Both the position numbers and the translations under genes were made by a program. The notes beneath the pieces are model-generated. The model saw only the letters and a list, made by a program, of their open reading frames with translations. It did not search any database and was not told where the DNA came from. From Pelagomonas calceolata (taxonomy: Eukaryota): DNA of 64,000 bases. Positions 63,379 through 64,000 of the stretch are shown piece after piece (position 1 is the first letter of the stretch; each line of letters begins with the position of its first letter). Location: positions 186,001 to 250,000 of the forward strand of contig CAKKNE010000003.1 of NCBI GenBank assembly GCA_918797485.1. Reading direction: 5' to 3'.

Positions 63379-64000
63379 GGCGGCGCCTGCGCTTTGGTCC
63401 TACTACCGGCGCTGCCTAGTTTATGAAGTCTGGCGGCGCCGCACGGCTGCCCGTTCGTTTTTGTTGTATTGTAGCGCTCCTCAGGCGTCGCGGCTGCTCC
63501 CCTTAGCTGCCGTCGACGGCTGTGAGGCCCGGGCCGCGGCCAACGCCTGGTCTTGGCCTGCCGAGTTTGGGGCAGCCACTAGCGGCTACTAGCGCTCACC
63601 CCGCCCTGTCAACTTGCTCGGGGGGCGGTCCTCGAGGCGGTGCGCGCTTGTGGGCAGCCATTGTTGCGGCAAATCGCGTGTAAACCCGTTTTGATGCCTG
63701 TTTTGTGCCGGCGCCCCGCCGCAATTAAAATTTTAAGGCGCTAGCACCGCAGAGAGACGCCAAATATAGTGCGCGAGGCAGCAAATATATAGCATCACTG
63801 CGAGGTGTGCAAAGGGGTGCAAAAAAGGCCGCTCGCGCGGACAGCAGACAGCCATTTTTGCATTGCTTTGCTTAGAGCCAGGCCGCCTAGCCACCAAGCC
63901 GCCGCGGGGCCTGCTTGACCGCACTGCTTGATCGCGCAAAACATATTTTTGCTTTATCATTGCACAAGCACGAGTGCGCGGTCTCATCTAGTCATGAAAC

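Noticed and set aside
1..64000. tRNA, rRNA or an autonomous transposase/reverse transcriptase
   Set aside because: None recognised by eye. The enzyme mobilising the introners is apparently not encoded in this window.

Overview
Gene-dense, GC-rich nuclear DNA of a photosynthetic stramenopile, most likely a pelagophyte (Pelagomonas/Aureococcus-like). This is inferred from the two LHC/FCP genes, ASAFAP-type bipartite targeting peptides, MYND/U-box/Sel1 and AP2 proteins, and introner-type introns. About 35 mostly single-exon genes are recognisable: an IQ/WW/MORN protein, GT15 mannosyltransferase, aminopeptidase N, septin, FHA-SAP protein, DUS, 2OG-Fe(II)/TPR protein, MYBBP1A/Pol5-like protein, nucleotide-sugar transporter, WDR46/UTP7, EMC10, a CNBD cation channel, Maf and a 3827-aa ARM-repeat protein, among others. 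Several signals are missed by the ORF track: (1) a glutathione S-transferase with an in-frame TGA at the catalytic Cys position (UPYA) and a SECIS-like hairpin in its 3' UTR, i.e. a probable selenoprotein; (2) a family of TIR/8-bp-TSD introner elements at different stages of decay; (3) a dispersed CGCCATCGACGCG hairpin-forming motif in introns and UTRs; (4) a recurrent bipartite promoter motif CTAGCG-Nx-TAAGACACTAG; (5) a 5'-truncated actin copy. Several single-base frameshifts at short homopolymers suggest assembly errors. All calls were made by eye; no searches were run.
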